This document shows, piece after piece, positions 1 to 9,473 of a stretch of 64,000 bases of DNA; position 1 is the stretch's first letter, and each line of letters begins with the position of its first letter. A model generated the notes under the pieces. The model did not search any database. It had not been told where the DNA came from and worked only from the letters and a program-made list of their open reading frames with translations. Origin of the DNA: Planctomycetota bacterium (GTDB lineage Bacteria > Planctomycetota > UBA1135 > UBA2386); NCBI GenBank assembly GCA_046290465.1, contig JBKAGP010000001.1, forward strand, positions 1,856,001-1,920,000, read 5' to 3'. A program made the position numbers and the translations under genes.

Positions 1-598
1 GCTCCATGTTCATGGTCTGCTGGATGTCCTCCTGCGAGCGCGCGAACGGCCACATCCGGACCTCGTCGAGCTGGCCGTTCCAGACCTCGATCGGCGTGGC
101 CACGTCCGAGCCCTTGCCGATCCGCAGCACGTCGACGACGTCGCGGATCGCCTCGCCGTTGGTCGGGGTGCTGGTGACCAGCTGGCCGTTGATGTAGAGC
201 GCCAGCGTGGTGCCGTCGTAGGTGCCGGCGACGTGCGTCCAGTTGACGAACTCACCCGGCGTGAACAGGTAGTTGCAGTCGTAGGTGGCGCTCGAAGTGG
301 TCTTGATGCGCCAGCGCAGCTCGCGCTGCGCGACGTTGTCGGCGTCGACGCGCAGCATGACGTTCTCGCCCTGCGCGCCGATGCCCTGACGCAGGATCGT
401 CGGGTAGCGCCACCCGGTCGGCAGCGTCGACTCGTCGTAGGTGAACCAGGCTTCGACGGTCATGCCGGTGCGCGGCACGACCTGGGAGCTGTGCGGGACC
501 TCGAGGTAGCCGTCGACGTTGGGGTCGAACGTGGCGCCGGTGTTCTGCGCGGTGGTGACGGCGCCGAGGAGGACGAACGGAGCGATGTGGCGGAGCAT
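1..598 (-). CDS. Secreted LamG-like jellyroll protein (3' end runs off the window)
   Basis: Not in the ORF track. Manual translation: MLRHIAPFVLLGAVTTAQ..MTVEAW..WTHVAGTYDGTTLALYING..LRIG..WNGQLDEVRMW, typical of Laminin_G_3. Confidence 0.8.
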   Translation of the reverse strand, partial: MLRHIAPFVLLGAVTTAQNTGATFDPNVDGYLEVPHSSQVVPRTGMTVEAWFTYDESTLPTGWRYPTILRQGIGAQGENVMLRVDADNVAQRELRWRIKTTSSATYDCNYLFTPGEFVNWTHVAGTYDGTTLALYINGQLVTSTPTNGEAIRDVVDVLRIGKGSDVATPIEVWNGQLDEVRMWPFARSQEDIQQTMNME

Positions 599-631
599 GG
601 CGGCCATCGTAGCGCCGGCAGCCGCGACCGT

Positions 632-1867
632 TCAGCGCGGCGGGAAACGCAGGCGCAAAACCCAGCCCAGCGCCAGCATCGACAGCAGCGCCAGCAGCGC
701 CGCCGTGCCCAGCGGCCACCACCACCTGCCCAGCAGCTCCAGCGAGAACGTCCAGGCGTGCTCGAGCGCCATCGGTTGCCTCGGCACGACCCGGCCGGGC
801 AGCAGCGAGTAGATGTGGGCGCTGATCTCGGTGAAGTGGCGGCCGCCCTGCTGGCTCGGCACCGGGTGCAGCCACGCGTAGCACGGGATGGCGGCGGCGA
901 GCAACGCCGCCACCAGCAGCCGGCCGCCGCGACGTCGCACCAGCGCGGTCGCCGCCAGCACCACCGGCAGGAACGCGAAGGTCGCGAACCGCATCACGTC
1001 GTAGGCCAGGATCATCAGCGGCAGCACGCCGGCGAGGTAGAGCCAGCCGCCCCACCGCCCGCCGAGCGCCTCGCGCGCCGACAGCGCGCCACGCCTGCCG
1101 AGGCCCCAGGCGACGACCGTCAGCAGCGGCCCGAACTCGACCAGCACGACGAACGCCCACAGCCCCCACATCGCCGGCATGCACCACGGAAACCAGAACG
1201 CCTTCTCGAGGTAGTAGCTGGTGCCGTAGCTGGCGGTCGTCTGCACGCGGAAGGCCAGGTAGGCGGCGAGCGTGATGCCGAGGAACGCTCCGTCGCGCCA
1301 CCACGCGCCGCCGTTGCGGCAACGCAGGTAGAGCAGCCACGGCCAGAAGAAGAACACCATCTCGTGCGAAAGCGCGCTGACGAACACCAGCGGCCAGAAC
1401 ACCGCGCCGCGCCGCGCGAAGTGCACCAGCAGCACGAACGTCAGCAGGCTCAGCGGATCCGACATGCAGGCCATCGGCTTGTAGACCAGCACCGCGCCGC
1501 TGCACGCGACCACGGCGGCGACCAGCAGGCCGTCGACGAACTGGCCGGTGCGGCGCAGCACGAACCAGAACACGACCGCCAGCAGCAGCGCGTTGCAGAC
1601 CTGCGAGAAGGCGACCGCCGAGACCCCGACCTTGGCGAACAGCCACGCCAGCAGCGGCCACAGCAGCCGCTGCGGGAAGTCGCCGGTCCGCGCGAACGGA
1701 TCCTCCGCCATCGTGGCGAAGCGTTCGCCGTGGCCCGCGAACGGCTGCTCCGCCCCCGGCACCAGCAGCTCGCTGAGCAGCAGCAGCCCGGCCCCGACCG
1801 CCGCCGCGACCAGCAGGTCGAACCAGCGCGACGGCGCGGGATCGAGGTCGGGGCCGGGGTCGCTCAT
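632..1867 (-). CDS. Polytopic membrane protein of unknown function (possibly GT-C-like)
   Basis: 411 aa with many hydrophobic segments and a soluble loop after TM1. Confidence 0.65.
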   Translation of the reverse strand: MSDPGPDLDPAPSRWFDLLVAAAVGAGLLLLSELLVPGAEQPFAGHGERFATMAEDPFARTGDFPQRLLWPLLAWLFAKVGVSAVAFSQVCNALLLAVVFWFVLRRTGQFVDGLLVAAVVACSGAVLVYKPMACMSDPLSLLTFVLLVHFARRGAVFWPLVFVSALSHEMVFFFWPWLLYLRCRNGGAWWRDGAFLGITLAAYLAFRVQTTASYGTSYYLEKAFWFPWCMPAMWGLWAFVVLVEFGPLLTVVAWGLGRRGALSAREALGGRWGGWLYLAGVLPLMILAYDVMRFATFAFLPVVLAATALVRRRGGRLLVAALLAAAIPCYAWLHPVPSQQGGRHFTEISAHIYSLLPGRVVPRQPMALEHAWTFSLELLGRWWWPLGTAALLALLSMLALGWVLRLRFPPR

Positions 1868-1955
1868 GGCAGCGAAGCCTACAACACCGGCGCCGCGAAC
1901 CGGCGTCGATACGGGCCTTGAATCGGCCCGGCCGCGCCGTCACCCTGGCCGCTTG

Positions 1956-3983
1956 ATGCAGCGACAGGGCCTGCCACTACGCACGTTCGCGATCTTCCTG
2001 CTCGCCGCGGTGATCGGCGTGGCGGGCGGCGTGCTCGGCAGCTTCTTCCAGCGCGGCCTCAACTGGCTGCAGGAGTGGTTCACCGGCGGCTCGGGCTCGA
2101 ACATGTCCGAGGCCGTGCGCGAGAACCTGTCGTGGTGGCAGACGCTGCTGGTGCCGACGCTCGGCGGCCTCGCCGCCGGCTCGGTGCTGCTGCTGCTACG
2201 CGGCCAGAAGCCGCCATTCGGCGTCTCGGACCTGGTCGGGCTGGTGCAGCTGCGCAAGGGCGTGCTGCGCTTCCGGCAGAGCCTGGTGCAGATCGTCTCG
2301 TCGGCGTGCACGATCGGCACCGGCGGCAGCATCGGCCGCGAGGGCGCCAACTCGCAGATCGCCGCGACCGTCGCGTCGATGATCGCGCGGCTGACGCGGC
2401 TGTCGAGCAAGCACCGCGCGGTGCTGATCGGCTGCGGCGTCGCGGCCGGCATGGCGACGTCCTATAACGCGCCGATCGCCGGCGCGATCTTCGTGATGGA
2501 GATCGTGCTCGGCAACTTCGCGATGGACGTGTTCGCGCCGATCGTCGTCGCGTCGGTGCTGGCGACGATCGTGCGCAGCGAACTGATGACCGAGGCGCGG
2601 GTCTACCAGAACGTCTCCGACGTGGTGCAGAAGCTGCCGCTCGGGCTGGTGCTGGCGGCGCTGGTGCTCGGCCTGTTCTGCGGCATCGGCGGCGTGCTGT
2701 TCCGCAGCGCGCTGAAGAACGGCCGGCGCTTCTTCCGCTGGCTGCGGCTGCCGCCGCCGCTGCTGATGGCGCTCGGCGGCCTGGTCGTCGGCGCGGTCGG
2801 CATCTTCATGCCCGAGACCTGGGGCAACGGCTTCGAGGTGATCGAGGGCGTGGTCACCAACGCGGTCAGCGACGCGCCGTCGCTGACGCTGATCCTGACG
2901 CTGTTCTTCTGGAAGCAGGTCGCCACCGTCGCGACGGTCGGCGCCGGCGGCCTCGGCGGCATCTTCACGCCCAACCTGGTCATCGGCGCCGCCTTCGGCG
3001 TGCTGTTCGCGTCGGCGATCGGCACCGTGTTCGAGGTGCAGCCGGGTGAGGTCGCGGCGTTCGCGTTCGTCGGCATGGCCGGCCTGACCGCGTCGACGAT
3101 GCACGCGCCGGTGACGGCCGTGGTGCTGGTGTTCGAGCTGACCGGCCACTACGAGCTGACGCTGCCGGTCATGCTGTGCAGCATCGTCGCCAGCGTCACC
3201 GCCAACGTCATCGACGAGGACAGCTACTACACGGCTGCGATGAAGGACAAGGGCGACGAAGTGCCCGGCGGCCTCGAGGACCTCGCGATCCGCACCACCT
3301 ACGTGCGCGACGTGCTGCGCAAGGACTGCCTGACGGTGCCGCACACCGCCGACTTCGCCGAGGTCATGAAGCTGCTGCAGACGCACCGCGGCGACACGAT
3401 CTACGTGATCGGCGAAGGCGACGCGCTGGTCGGCCGGATCGAGCTGCAGGACGTCAAGGCGTTCCTCAACGACCCGACCCTGACCAGCGTGGTGATCGCC
3501 GCCGACCTGACGCGGCCGGTCGTCACCGCGACCGACGACCTGTCGATCGCCAAGGTGATGCCGCGCTTCGACGACCCGGAGCTGCGTGAGATCGCCGCGG
3601 TCAGCCGCGACAAGCCGCCGCGGCTGATCGGCCGCATCCGCCACCAGGACGTGCTGACGATGCTCGGCAACGAGGTGCTCGGCCAGCAGCGCCGCAACCT
3701 GCGGCTGGCGGTGCGCGGCCGCCGCGACGAGCTCGAGCTGCCGCCGGGCTACGCGATGCGCAGCCTGACGCCGCCCGACGCCTGGGTCGGCCTGGCGATC
3801 GACGCGCTGCCGGCGGCGGCGCGCGAGGACGTGATCGTCGTGCTGCTGATCCGTGCCGTCGATGGCAACGAGCAGGTGGTCGCCGCGACCGCCGACCAGG
3901 TCGTGCGCGCCGAGGACCAGCTGGTCGTGCTCGGCACCCGCGCCGCCGTTCGCGAACTGCAGGCCGACGCCGGCGAGATCTGA
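1956..3983 (+). CDS. ClC-family chloride channel/antiporter with CBS pair and C-terminal RCK_C-like domain
   Basis: GSIGREGA, YNAPIAGAIFVME, GGIFTP and HAPVTAVVLVFELTG motifs, then a CBS-like region and an EDQLVVLG tail. Confidence 0.9.
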   Translation: MQRQGLPLRTFAIFLLAAVIGVAGGVLGSFFQRGLNWLQEWFTGGSGSNMSEAVRENLSWWQTLLVPTLGGLAAGSVLLLLRGQKPPFGVSDLVGLVQLRKGVLRFRQSLVQIVSSACTIGTGGSIGREGANSQIAATVASMIARLTRLSSKHRAVLIGCGVAAGMATSYNAPIAGAIFVMEIVLGNFAMDVFAPIVVASVLATIVRSELMTEARVYQNVSDVVQKLPLGLVLAALVLGLFCGIGGVLFRSALKNGRRFFRWLRLPPPLLMALGGLVVGAVGIFMPETWGNGFEVIEGVVTNAVSDAPSLTLILTLFFWKQVATVATVGAGGLGGIFTPNLVIGAAFGVLFASAIGTVFEVQPGEVAAFAFVGMAGLTASTMHAPVTAVVLVFELTGHYELTLPVMLCSIVASVTANVIDEDSYYTAAMKDKGDEVPGGLEDLAIRTTYVRDVLRKDCLTVPHTADFAEVMKLLQTHRGDTIYVIGEGDALVGRIELQDVKAFLNDPTLTSVVIAADLTRPVVTATDDLSIAKVMPRFDDPELREIAAVSRDKPPRLIGRIRHQDVLTMLGNEVLGQQRRNLRLAVRGRRDELELPPGYAMRSLTPPDAWVGLAIDALPAAAREDVIVVLLIRAVDGNEQVVAATADQVVRAEDQLVVLGTRAAVRELQADAGEI

Positions 3984-4032
3984 GCCGGCTGTCGCCCCTC
4001 GCCACCGCCGGCGCTATCCTGCTCGCCCCGAA

Positions 4033-5571
4033 ATGAGCCGACGCACCGCTGCAGCCCTGATGATCACCCGCGGCGAAGGCCGCGACCGCCAGGTCTACCT
4101 CGCCGAACGGGCCCCCGAGCTGCGGTTCTTCGGCGGCTACTGGGCGATGCCCGGTGGCACGATCTCCGACGAGGACCTGCGCCCGCGCAGCGGCGACGAG
4201 CCGCTCGACGAGGAGGCCGCCCTGCAGGTCTGCGCGCACCGCGAACTGTTCGAGGAGCTGGGCCTGCTGCGCCACAAGCTGTCGATGGAGCGCCGCGACC
4301 CGGACGCTCTGCGCGCCCAGCGCCGCCGCCTGCTCGAACACGAACGGGTCGACGCCGACCCGAAGCCGCCGTCGCCGTGGCCGGAGATCGTCGCCGGCAC
4401 CGTCACGCCCCTGGCGATGCGCAGCCTGTGCCGCATCGAGACGCCCGCGTTCGCGCCGGTCCGCTACGACACGGTGTTCTTCCACGTGCCGATCGAGGAG
4501 TGCTCGTCCGGCACCGCCGGCCTGCACCCCGACGTCTGGGAGGGCGAGCTGACCCAGGGCCGCTGGTGGTTCCCCGAGCAGGCGCTGGCGTCGTGGCGCA
4601 ACGGCGACCTGCTGCTGGTGCCGCCGGTCGTGATCCTGCTCGAGCACCTCGCCGCCGCCGCCGACTTCGAGCACTTCGCGCGTTCGATCGCCGCGACCGC
4701 CAACGGCTACCGCGACGGCAACCTGCACAAGGTGCGGTTCTCGCCGGGCGTGGTGCTGGCACCGCTGACGACGCCGACGCTGCCGCCGGCGACCACCACC
4801 AACTGCTACGTGATCGGCCACGAGCAGCTGTGGATCGTCGATCCGGGTTCGCCCGACCCGCGCGAGCAGCAGCGCCTGCTCGACCTGCTCGACCTGCTGA
4901 CGGCGCAGGGCCAGCAGCTCGCGGGCGTGCTGCTGACCCACCACCACCCCGACCACGTCGGCGGCGTGCACGCGCTGTGCAAGGCGCGCAACCTGGTCGC
5001 CTGCGGCCACCCGCGCACCCTCGAACGGATCGCGCCCGGCATCCCGCGCGGCGACGCGATCGAGCACGGCGCGCGCATCCCGCTGGGCCGGTCGCCGGAC
5101 GGCAAGCCCGGCTGGGAGCTCGAGGCGATCCACACCCCCGGCCACGACCAGGGCCACCTGTGCTTCCGCGAGTCGCGCTACGGCGCGATGATCGTCGGCG
5201 ACATGATGTCGACGATCAGCACGATCATCATCGACCCGCCCGAAGGCCACCTCGCGACCTACCTGCAGAGCCTCGAGGAGCTCGAGCGCTACGCGATGTC
5301 GACGCTCTACCCGGCGCACGGCCCGGCGTTCCGCGACGGTCGCAAGCTGACGCAGAAGTACCTGCGCCACCGCCGGCAGCGCGAGGCGACGCTGGTCAAG
5401 GTGCTCGGCGAGACCCCCGGCAACCTCGACGAACTGCTGCCGAAGGTCTACTGGGACGCCGACCCGCGGCTCTACCCGTTTGCGGCGCGATCGCTGCAGG
5501 CCGGCCTCGACAAGCTGGCCGAGGAAGGTCGCGCGCACCAGCAGGAAGGCGTCTGGCGCCTGCTGGATTGA
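4033..5571 (+). CDS. NUDIX-like + metallo-beta-lactamase fold fusion (LACTB2-like)
   Basis: FFGGYWAMPGG..RELFEELG (Nudix-like); THHHPDHVGG, HTPGH, GD and PAHG (MBL). Confidence 0.85.
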   Translation: MSRRTAAALMITRGEGRDRQVYLAERAPELRFFGGYWAMPGGTISDEDLRPRSGDEPLDEEAALQVCAHRELFEELGLLRHKLSMERRDPDALRAQRRRLLEHERVDADPKPPSPWPEIVAGTVTPLAMRSLCRIETPAFAPVRYDTVFFHVPIEECSSGTAGLHPDVWEGELTQGRWWFPEQALASWRNGDLLLVPPVVILLEHLAAAADFEHFARSIAATANGYRDGNLHKVRFSPGVVLAPLTTPTLPPATTTNCYVIGHEQLWIVDPGSPDPREQQRLLDLLDLLTAQGQQLAGVLLTHHHPDHVGGVHALCKARNLVACGHPRTLERIAPGIPRGDAIEHGARIPLGRSPDGKPGWELEAIHTPGHDQGHLCFRESRYGAMIVGDMMSTISTIIIDPPEGHLATYLQSLEELERYAMSTLYPAHGPAFRDGRKLTQKYLRHRRQREATLVKVLGETPGNLDELLPKVYWDADPRLYPFAARSLQAGLDKLAEEGRAHQQEGVWRLLD

Positions 5572-6725
5572 ACCTCCGCCGCACAGCCCTGCTCGGCGCG
5601 CTGACGTTTCTGCTGATGCTGCCGGAGACGCTGCCGGTGCCCGTGCTGCGGGCGCTGGTCGTCGAGCGCTTCGGGGTCTCCGACACCCTGGCGACGCTGT
5701 TCCTGGTCGCCAACATGATCGGCGCGCTGATCGCGACACCGCTGGTCGGCCTGCACGTCGACCGCACCGGCCGCCGCCGCAACCTGTGTCTGGTCGCGCT
5801 GTTCGCCGACGCGCTGCTGATGCAGGCGCTGGCTCACCCACTCGACTACGGCACGTTCCTGCTGCTGCGCGCGCTCGAGGGCGCCGCCCACCTGTCGGCG
5901 CTGACGCTGCTGATGAGCCTGGTCGCCGACGCCGCCGGCGAACGACGCGGCCGGGCGCTCGGTGCGGTCGGCTGCGGTCTGACCTTCGGCGTCGCGACCG
6001 GCGCCGCGATCGGCGGCGTGCTCGGCAAGCACGACCCGCTGATCACGCTGCACGTCGCGTCGCTGGTGCTCGGCCTCGCGTTCGTCGCGGCGATCTGGCT
6101 GCTGCCGGCCGACTCCGGCGTGCAGAAGCGGCCGGGCTACCGCGAACTGCTGGCGGCGGTCAAGGACCAGCCCGGCCTGCGCGCGCCGCTGCTGCTGGCG
6201 TTCTTCGACCGCTTCACCGTCGGCTTCTTCACGACCGGCTTCCCGCTGCTGCTCGCCGGCGTGCACGCGGTGCCGCGGCCGACGATCGGCATGCTGCTGG
6301 CGTCGTTCCTGTATCCGTTCGCGCTGCTGTCGTATCCGTTCGGTCGCGCCGCCGAGCGCTGGTCGCGGCTGCGCATGGTCGCGATCGGCAGCATGGTCTA
6401 CGGACTCGCGGTCGCGCTGGTCGGGATCGCGCCGGTCTCGGCGATGTGGGTGCTGATGCCGATCTGCGGGGTGACGTCGGCGGTGATGTTCATCCCGACG
6501 CTGCTGTGGCTGCTCGAGCAGTCGCCCGGCATCGGCCGCAGCACCGCGATGGCGGCGTTCCACACCGCCGGCTCGCTCGGCTTCCTGCTCGGCCCGCTGG
6601 TCTGCGGCGAACTGATCGCCGACGGCAGCTTCGACGTCGCGTTCGCGGTCGCCGGCACCAGCGAGATCGTCGGCGCCATCGTCGTGGTGCTGGTCGCGCT
6701 GCGGCGCCGCCGACGGCCCGTCTGA
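5568..6725 (+). CDS. MFS transporter
   Basis: TTG start overlaps the upstream stop (TTGA); motif A GLHVDRTGRR; about 12 TM segments. Confidence 0.85.
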   Translation: MNLRRTALLGALTFLLMLPETLPVPVLRALVVERFGVSDTLATLFLVANMIGALIATPLVGLHVDRTGRRRNLCLVALFADALLMQALAHPLDYGTFLLLRALEGAAHLSALTLLMSLVADAAGERRGRALGAVGCGLTFGVATGAAIGGVLGKHDPLITLHVASLVLGLAFVAAIWLLPADSGVQKRPGYRELLAAVKDQPGLRAPLLLAFFDRFTVGFFTTGFPLLLAGVHAVPRPTIGMLLASFLYPFALLSYPFGRAAERWSRLRMVAIGSMVYGLAVALVGIAPVSAMWVLMPICGVTSAVMFIPTLLWLLEQSPGIGRSTAMAAFHTAGSLGFLLGPLVCGELIADGSFDVAFAVAGTSEIVGAIVVVLVALRRRRRPV

Positions 6726-6876
6726 GCCCGGCGCAGCGCCTCGGTGGCACCGCTCGCGGAGCGCCCGTTCGTCGCTGCGTAAGGGCGGCCATGCCTGCCG
6801 GTGGGGCGACGTGCGCCCGGGAGTGGGATATCCTTCCCGAGCCGCCCCACAGTCGGCCCTGCCCTCCATCAACCTC

Positions 6877-8514
6877 ATGCTTCTCCCCACCGTCCTCACG
6901 GCCCTCCTCGCCAACGGCCCGGGCGCCGTCGCCAATGTCGACGACCCGCAGTCACACGGCACCGTCGGCGATGCGCTGCTGTCGCTCGACGAGGCGATCC
7001 AGCTCGCCAACGGCACGCTCGCGCTGACCTCCCTGTCCATCCAGGAGCAGGCCCGCATCAGCGGCACCGGCTCGGTCACCACCATCCGCATCGACGCGCA
7101 GGTGACCCCGACGATCACCGTGCAGAGCCCGCTGACCAGCGTGCTCGGCCAGGGCATGGCCGTCGGCCGCGTCTGCATCGAAGGCGTCGCGTCGACGGCC
7201 GGCCGGCCGGTGCTCGACGGCGGCAACGTCAGCGCGGTGCTCAGCCTCGAGCGACACCTCGTCACGGTCTCGGGGCTGCGCTTCGAGAACGGCGACACCG
7301 CCATCGTCGCGCAGATGCCGATGATGATGATGACGATGACCGAGATGCCGATGGTCATGGGCTGCGAGTTCGACGGCCAGGCCGTGCAGGGCCTCGAGCT
7401 GCTGGCGTCGGGCACCGACGAGACCATGCTGATGGTGCGCAACTCGCGCCTGAGCAACCTGCCGGTCGGCTTCCGCGTGCACGAGACGACCAGCAACGGC
7501 CGCATCATGTGCGAGGTCGAGAACTGTGAGTTCGACGGCGTCACGGTCGGCTGCGACGCGTTCGAGGGCGGCGCCGGCATGCAGACGATGTTCGCGATCT
7601 GGCGCAGCTCGTTCGTCAACGGCGCGACGCTCGGCCGCTCCAGCCGTTCGCCGACCAGCACCAAGCTGTTCATGTTCCGCATCGTCTACACCGATGCGGT
7701 CTGCAGCGACCACGTGGTCGAGTGCATCGGTGAGGCCGCCGGCAACACGATGATCCACCATCACCACGGTGACTGGACCGCCGGGCCCGGCAAGTACGCG
7801 CTCTACACGCACCCGCGCACCGCCCAGTTCGACGTCCACGGCAGTGAGATGACGTTCCACAGCGACGTCTGGATCTCTGCCAACACCGCCTCGGCGCGCG
7901 TCTGGCACCAGAACAACCGCTACGACAACTGTACCATCACGTTCGACTGCGACGGCTCGCTGCCGAACCTGGTCTGGAACCACTACGACAACTGCAGCAT
8001 CGAGGTGCCGGCGCAGGCGCGCTCCAAGGTCGACCTGCGCTCGTGCGAACTGATCAACACCGACTGCGACAGCCAGGCGTTCCTGGCGCCGATCGAACTC
8101 GACGGCTGCTACCGCACCGGCGGCACCCTGACTGGCTTCGCGTCCGAGCAGAACAACGCGCCGCAGGTGTTCCTGCCGACCACCGAGATCACGCCGAAGC
8201 AGCCGCAGGTCGGCACCTCGGTGACGCTGACGGCCGACGTGCCGTTCGGCATCGCGCTGGCGTGGGACTTCGCGGTCAGCTACGAGCGGCCGAACACGTC
8301 GCAGGAGCCGGTGCGCTTCTACGGCGACCCGATGACCGCGATCGTGCTGCCGGCCATCGTGATCTTCCAGAGCTCGCTGAACGTGCCGATCCCGTCGTCG
8401 CCGAACCTGATCAACCTCGAGTTCTACGTGCAGGGCGTCGCCTTCCCGCTGCTGGGACAGCCGTACGCGCCGTCGTTCTACCTGCCGCGCGGCGAGCGCA
8501 TCACGCTGCGCTGA
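6877..8514 (+). CDS. Secreted Met/His/Cys-rich protein, probable beta-helix, with shared C-terminal domain
   Basis: Short hydrophobic N-terminus; LSLDEAIQLANG; repeated xxCxF/NSRL strands; MPMMMMTMTEMPMVM; IHHHHG. Confidence 0.7.
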   Translation: MLLPTVLTALLANGPGAVANVDDPQSHGTVGDALLSLDEAIQLANGTLALTSLSIQEQARISGTGSVTTIRIDAQVTPTITVQSPLTSVLGQGMAVGRVCIEGVASTAGRPVLDGGNVSAVLSLERHLVTVSGLRFENGDTAIVAQMPMMMMTMTEMPMVMGCEFDGQAVQGLELLASGTDETMLMVRNSRLSNLPVGFRVHETTSNGRIMCEVENCEFDGVTVGCDAFEGGAGMQTMFAIWRSSFVNGATLGRSSRSPTSTKLFMFRIVYTDAVCSDHVVECIGEAAGNTMIHHHHGDWTAGPGKYALYTHPRTAQFDVHGSEMTFHSDVWISANTASARVWHQNNRYDNCTITFDCDGSLPNLVWNHYDNCSIEVPAQARSKVDLRSCELINTDCDSQAFLAPIELDGCYRTGGTLTGFASEQNNAPQVFLPTTEITPKQPQVGTSVTLTADVPFGIALAWDFAVSYERPNTSQEPVRFYGDPMTAIVLPAIVIFQSSLNVPIPSSPNLINLEFYVQGVAFPLLGQPYAPSFYLPRGERITLR

Positions 8515-9473
8515 TCGGCACGCGGCCAGCCGTCGCGCGTCGCCAGCCAGTCGCACAGCCGCGCGCACGGCCACGCCCACAGCGCGCCGACGACGACGTC
8601 GCTGGCCCAGTGGTAGCGCAGCAGCATGGTGCTCGCGACCAGCGCGGCCGCCGGCGCCAGCAGCCACCAGAACCACCGGCGCGCCCACCGCCACAGAATG
8701 ATCAGGCTGGTCAGCGTCAGCATCGTGTGGCCCGACGGGAAGCAGTCCCAGTGGTTCATCTCGGCGCCGTCGATCATGCCGCGCAGCGCCGGCGTCATCG
8801 CGATCCCGCGCAGTTCGTCCGTCGGCTGCAGCACCAGCTGCGGGGAGATCGTCGGGAACAGCAGGTAGCCGAGGTAGCTCGACAGGAAGCCGCCGACCAG
8901 CAGCAGCACCGCGCGGTCGAACGCCGCGCAGCCGCTGTGCACCCGCGCCAGCAGGCCCGAGCCGATGCAGAAGCCGTAGAACGCCGCGTAGTCGAGCTGC
9001 AGCAGTTCGACCAGCCAGCCGGGCAGGTCGCGGAAGCGCGCAGCGAGGTCCATGCCGAACAGCGCCCGGTCGACCGCCAGCCAGGTGAACTCGTACGGCT
9101 CGGGGTGCACGTGCGGCAGCAGCCAGCAGAGCGCCGAGAACACCACCGGCAGGCCGACCACGGCCAGCACCGCACGCGGCCAGCGCGCCCGTTCGTGGCC
9201 GTAGCGACGCGACACCCACAGGCACGCGAACACCGCCGTCATCACCGCGGCGCTGACCAGCAGATACGTCGCGGGATCGTGCTGGGTGGCGGCGGTCGCC
9301 GGCACGCCGACCGCGACCGCACAGGTGCACGCGAGGTAGACCAGCCAGACCCGTTCGGACGTCGGCGCGGGCGGCCGACCGGATCCGGGCGCCTCAGGCG
9401 TCGGCGTCGGCTTCGTTCTGCTTCTGGCTGCCGACGCGGCCGGAGGCGGGGTGACTGGCTTCGATCTCTTCAC
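8478..9473 (-). CDS. PAP2-superfamily membrane phosphatase/phosphotransferase (PAP2_3/AUR1-like); start uncertain
   Basis: CFPSGHT and RYHWASDVVVG motifs; multiple TM segments. Confidence 0.8.
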   Translation of the reverse strand: MKRSKPVTPPPAASAARSRTKPTPTPEAPGSGRPPAPTSERVWLVYLACTCAVAVGVPATAATQHDPATYLLVSAAVMTAVFACLWVSRRYGHERARWPRAVLAVVGLPVVFSALCWLLPHVHPEPYEFTWLAVDRALFGMDLAARFRDLPGWLVELLQLDYAAFYGFCIGSGLLARVHSGCAAFDRAVLLLVGGFLSSYLGYLLFPTISPQLVLQPTDELRGIAMTPALRGMIDGAEMNHWDCFPSGHTMLTLTSLIILWRWARRWFWWLLAPAAALVASTMLLRYHWASDVVVGALWAWPCARLCDWLATRDGWPRADQRSVMRSPRGR

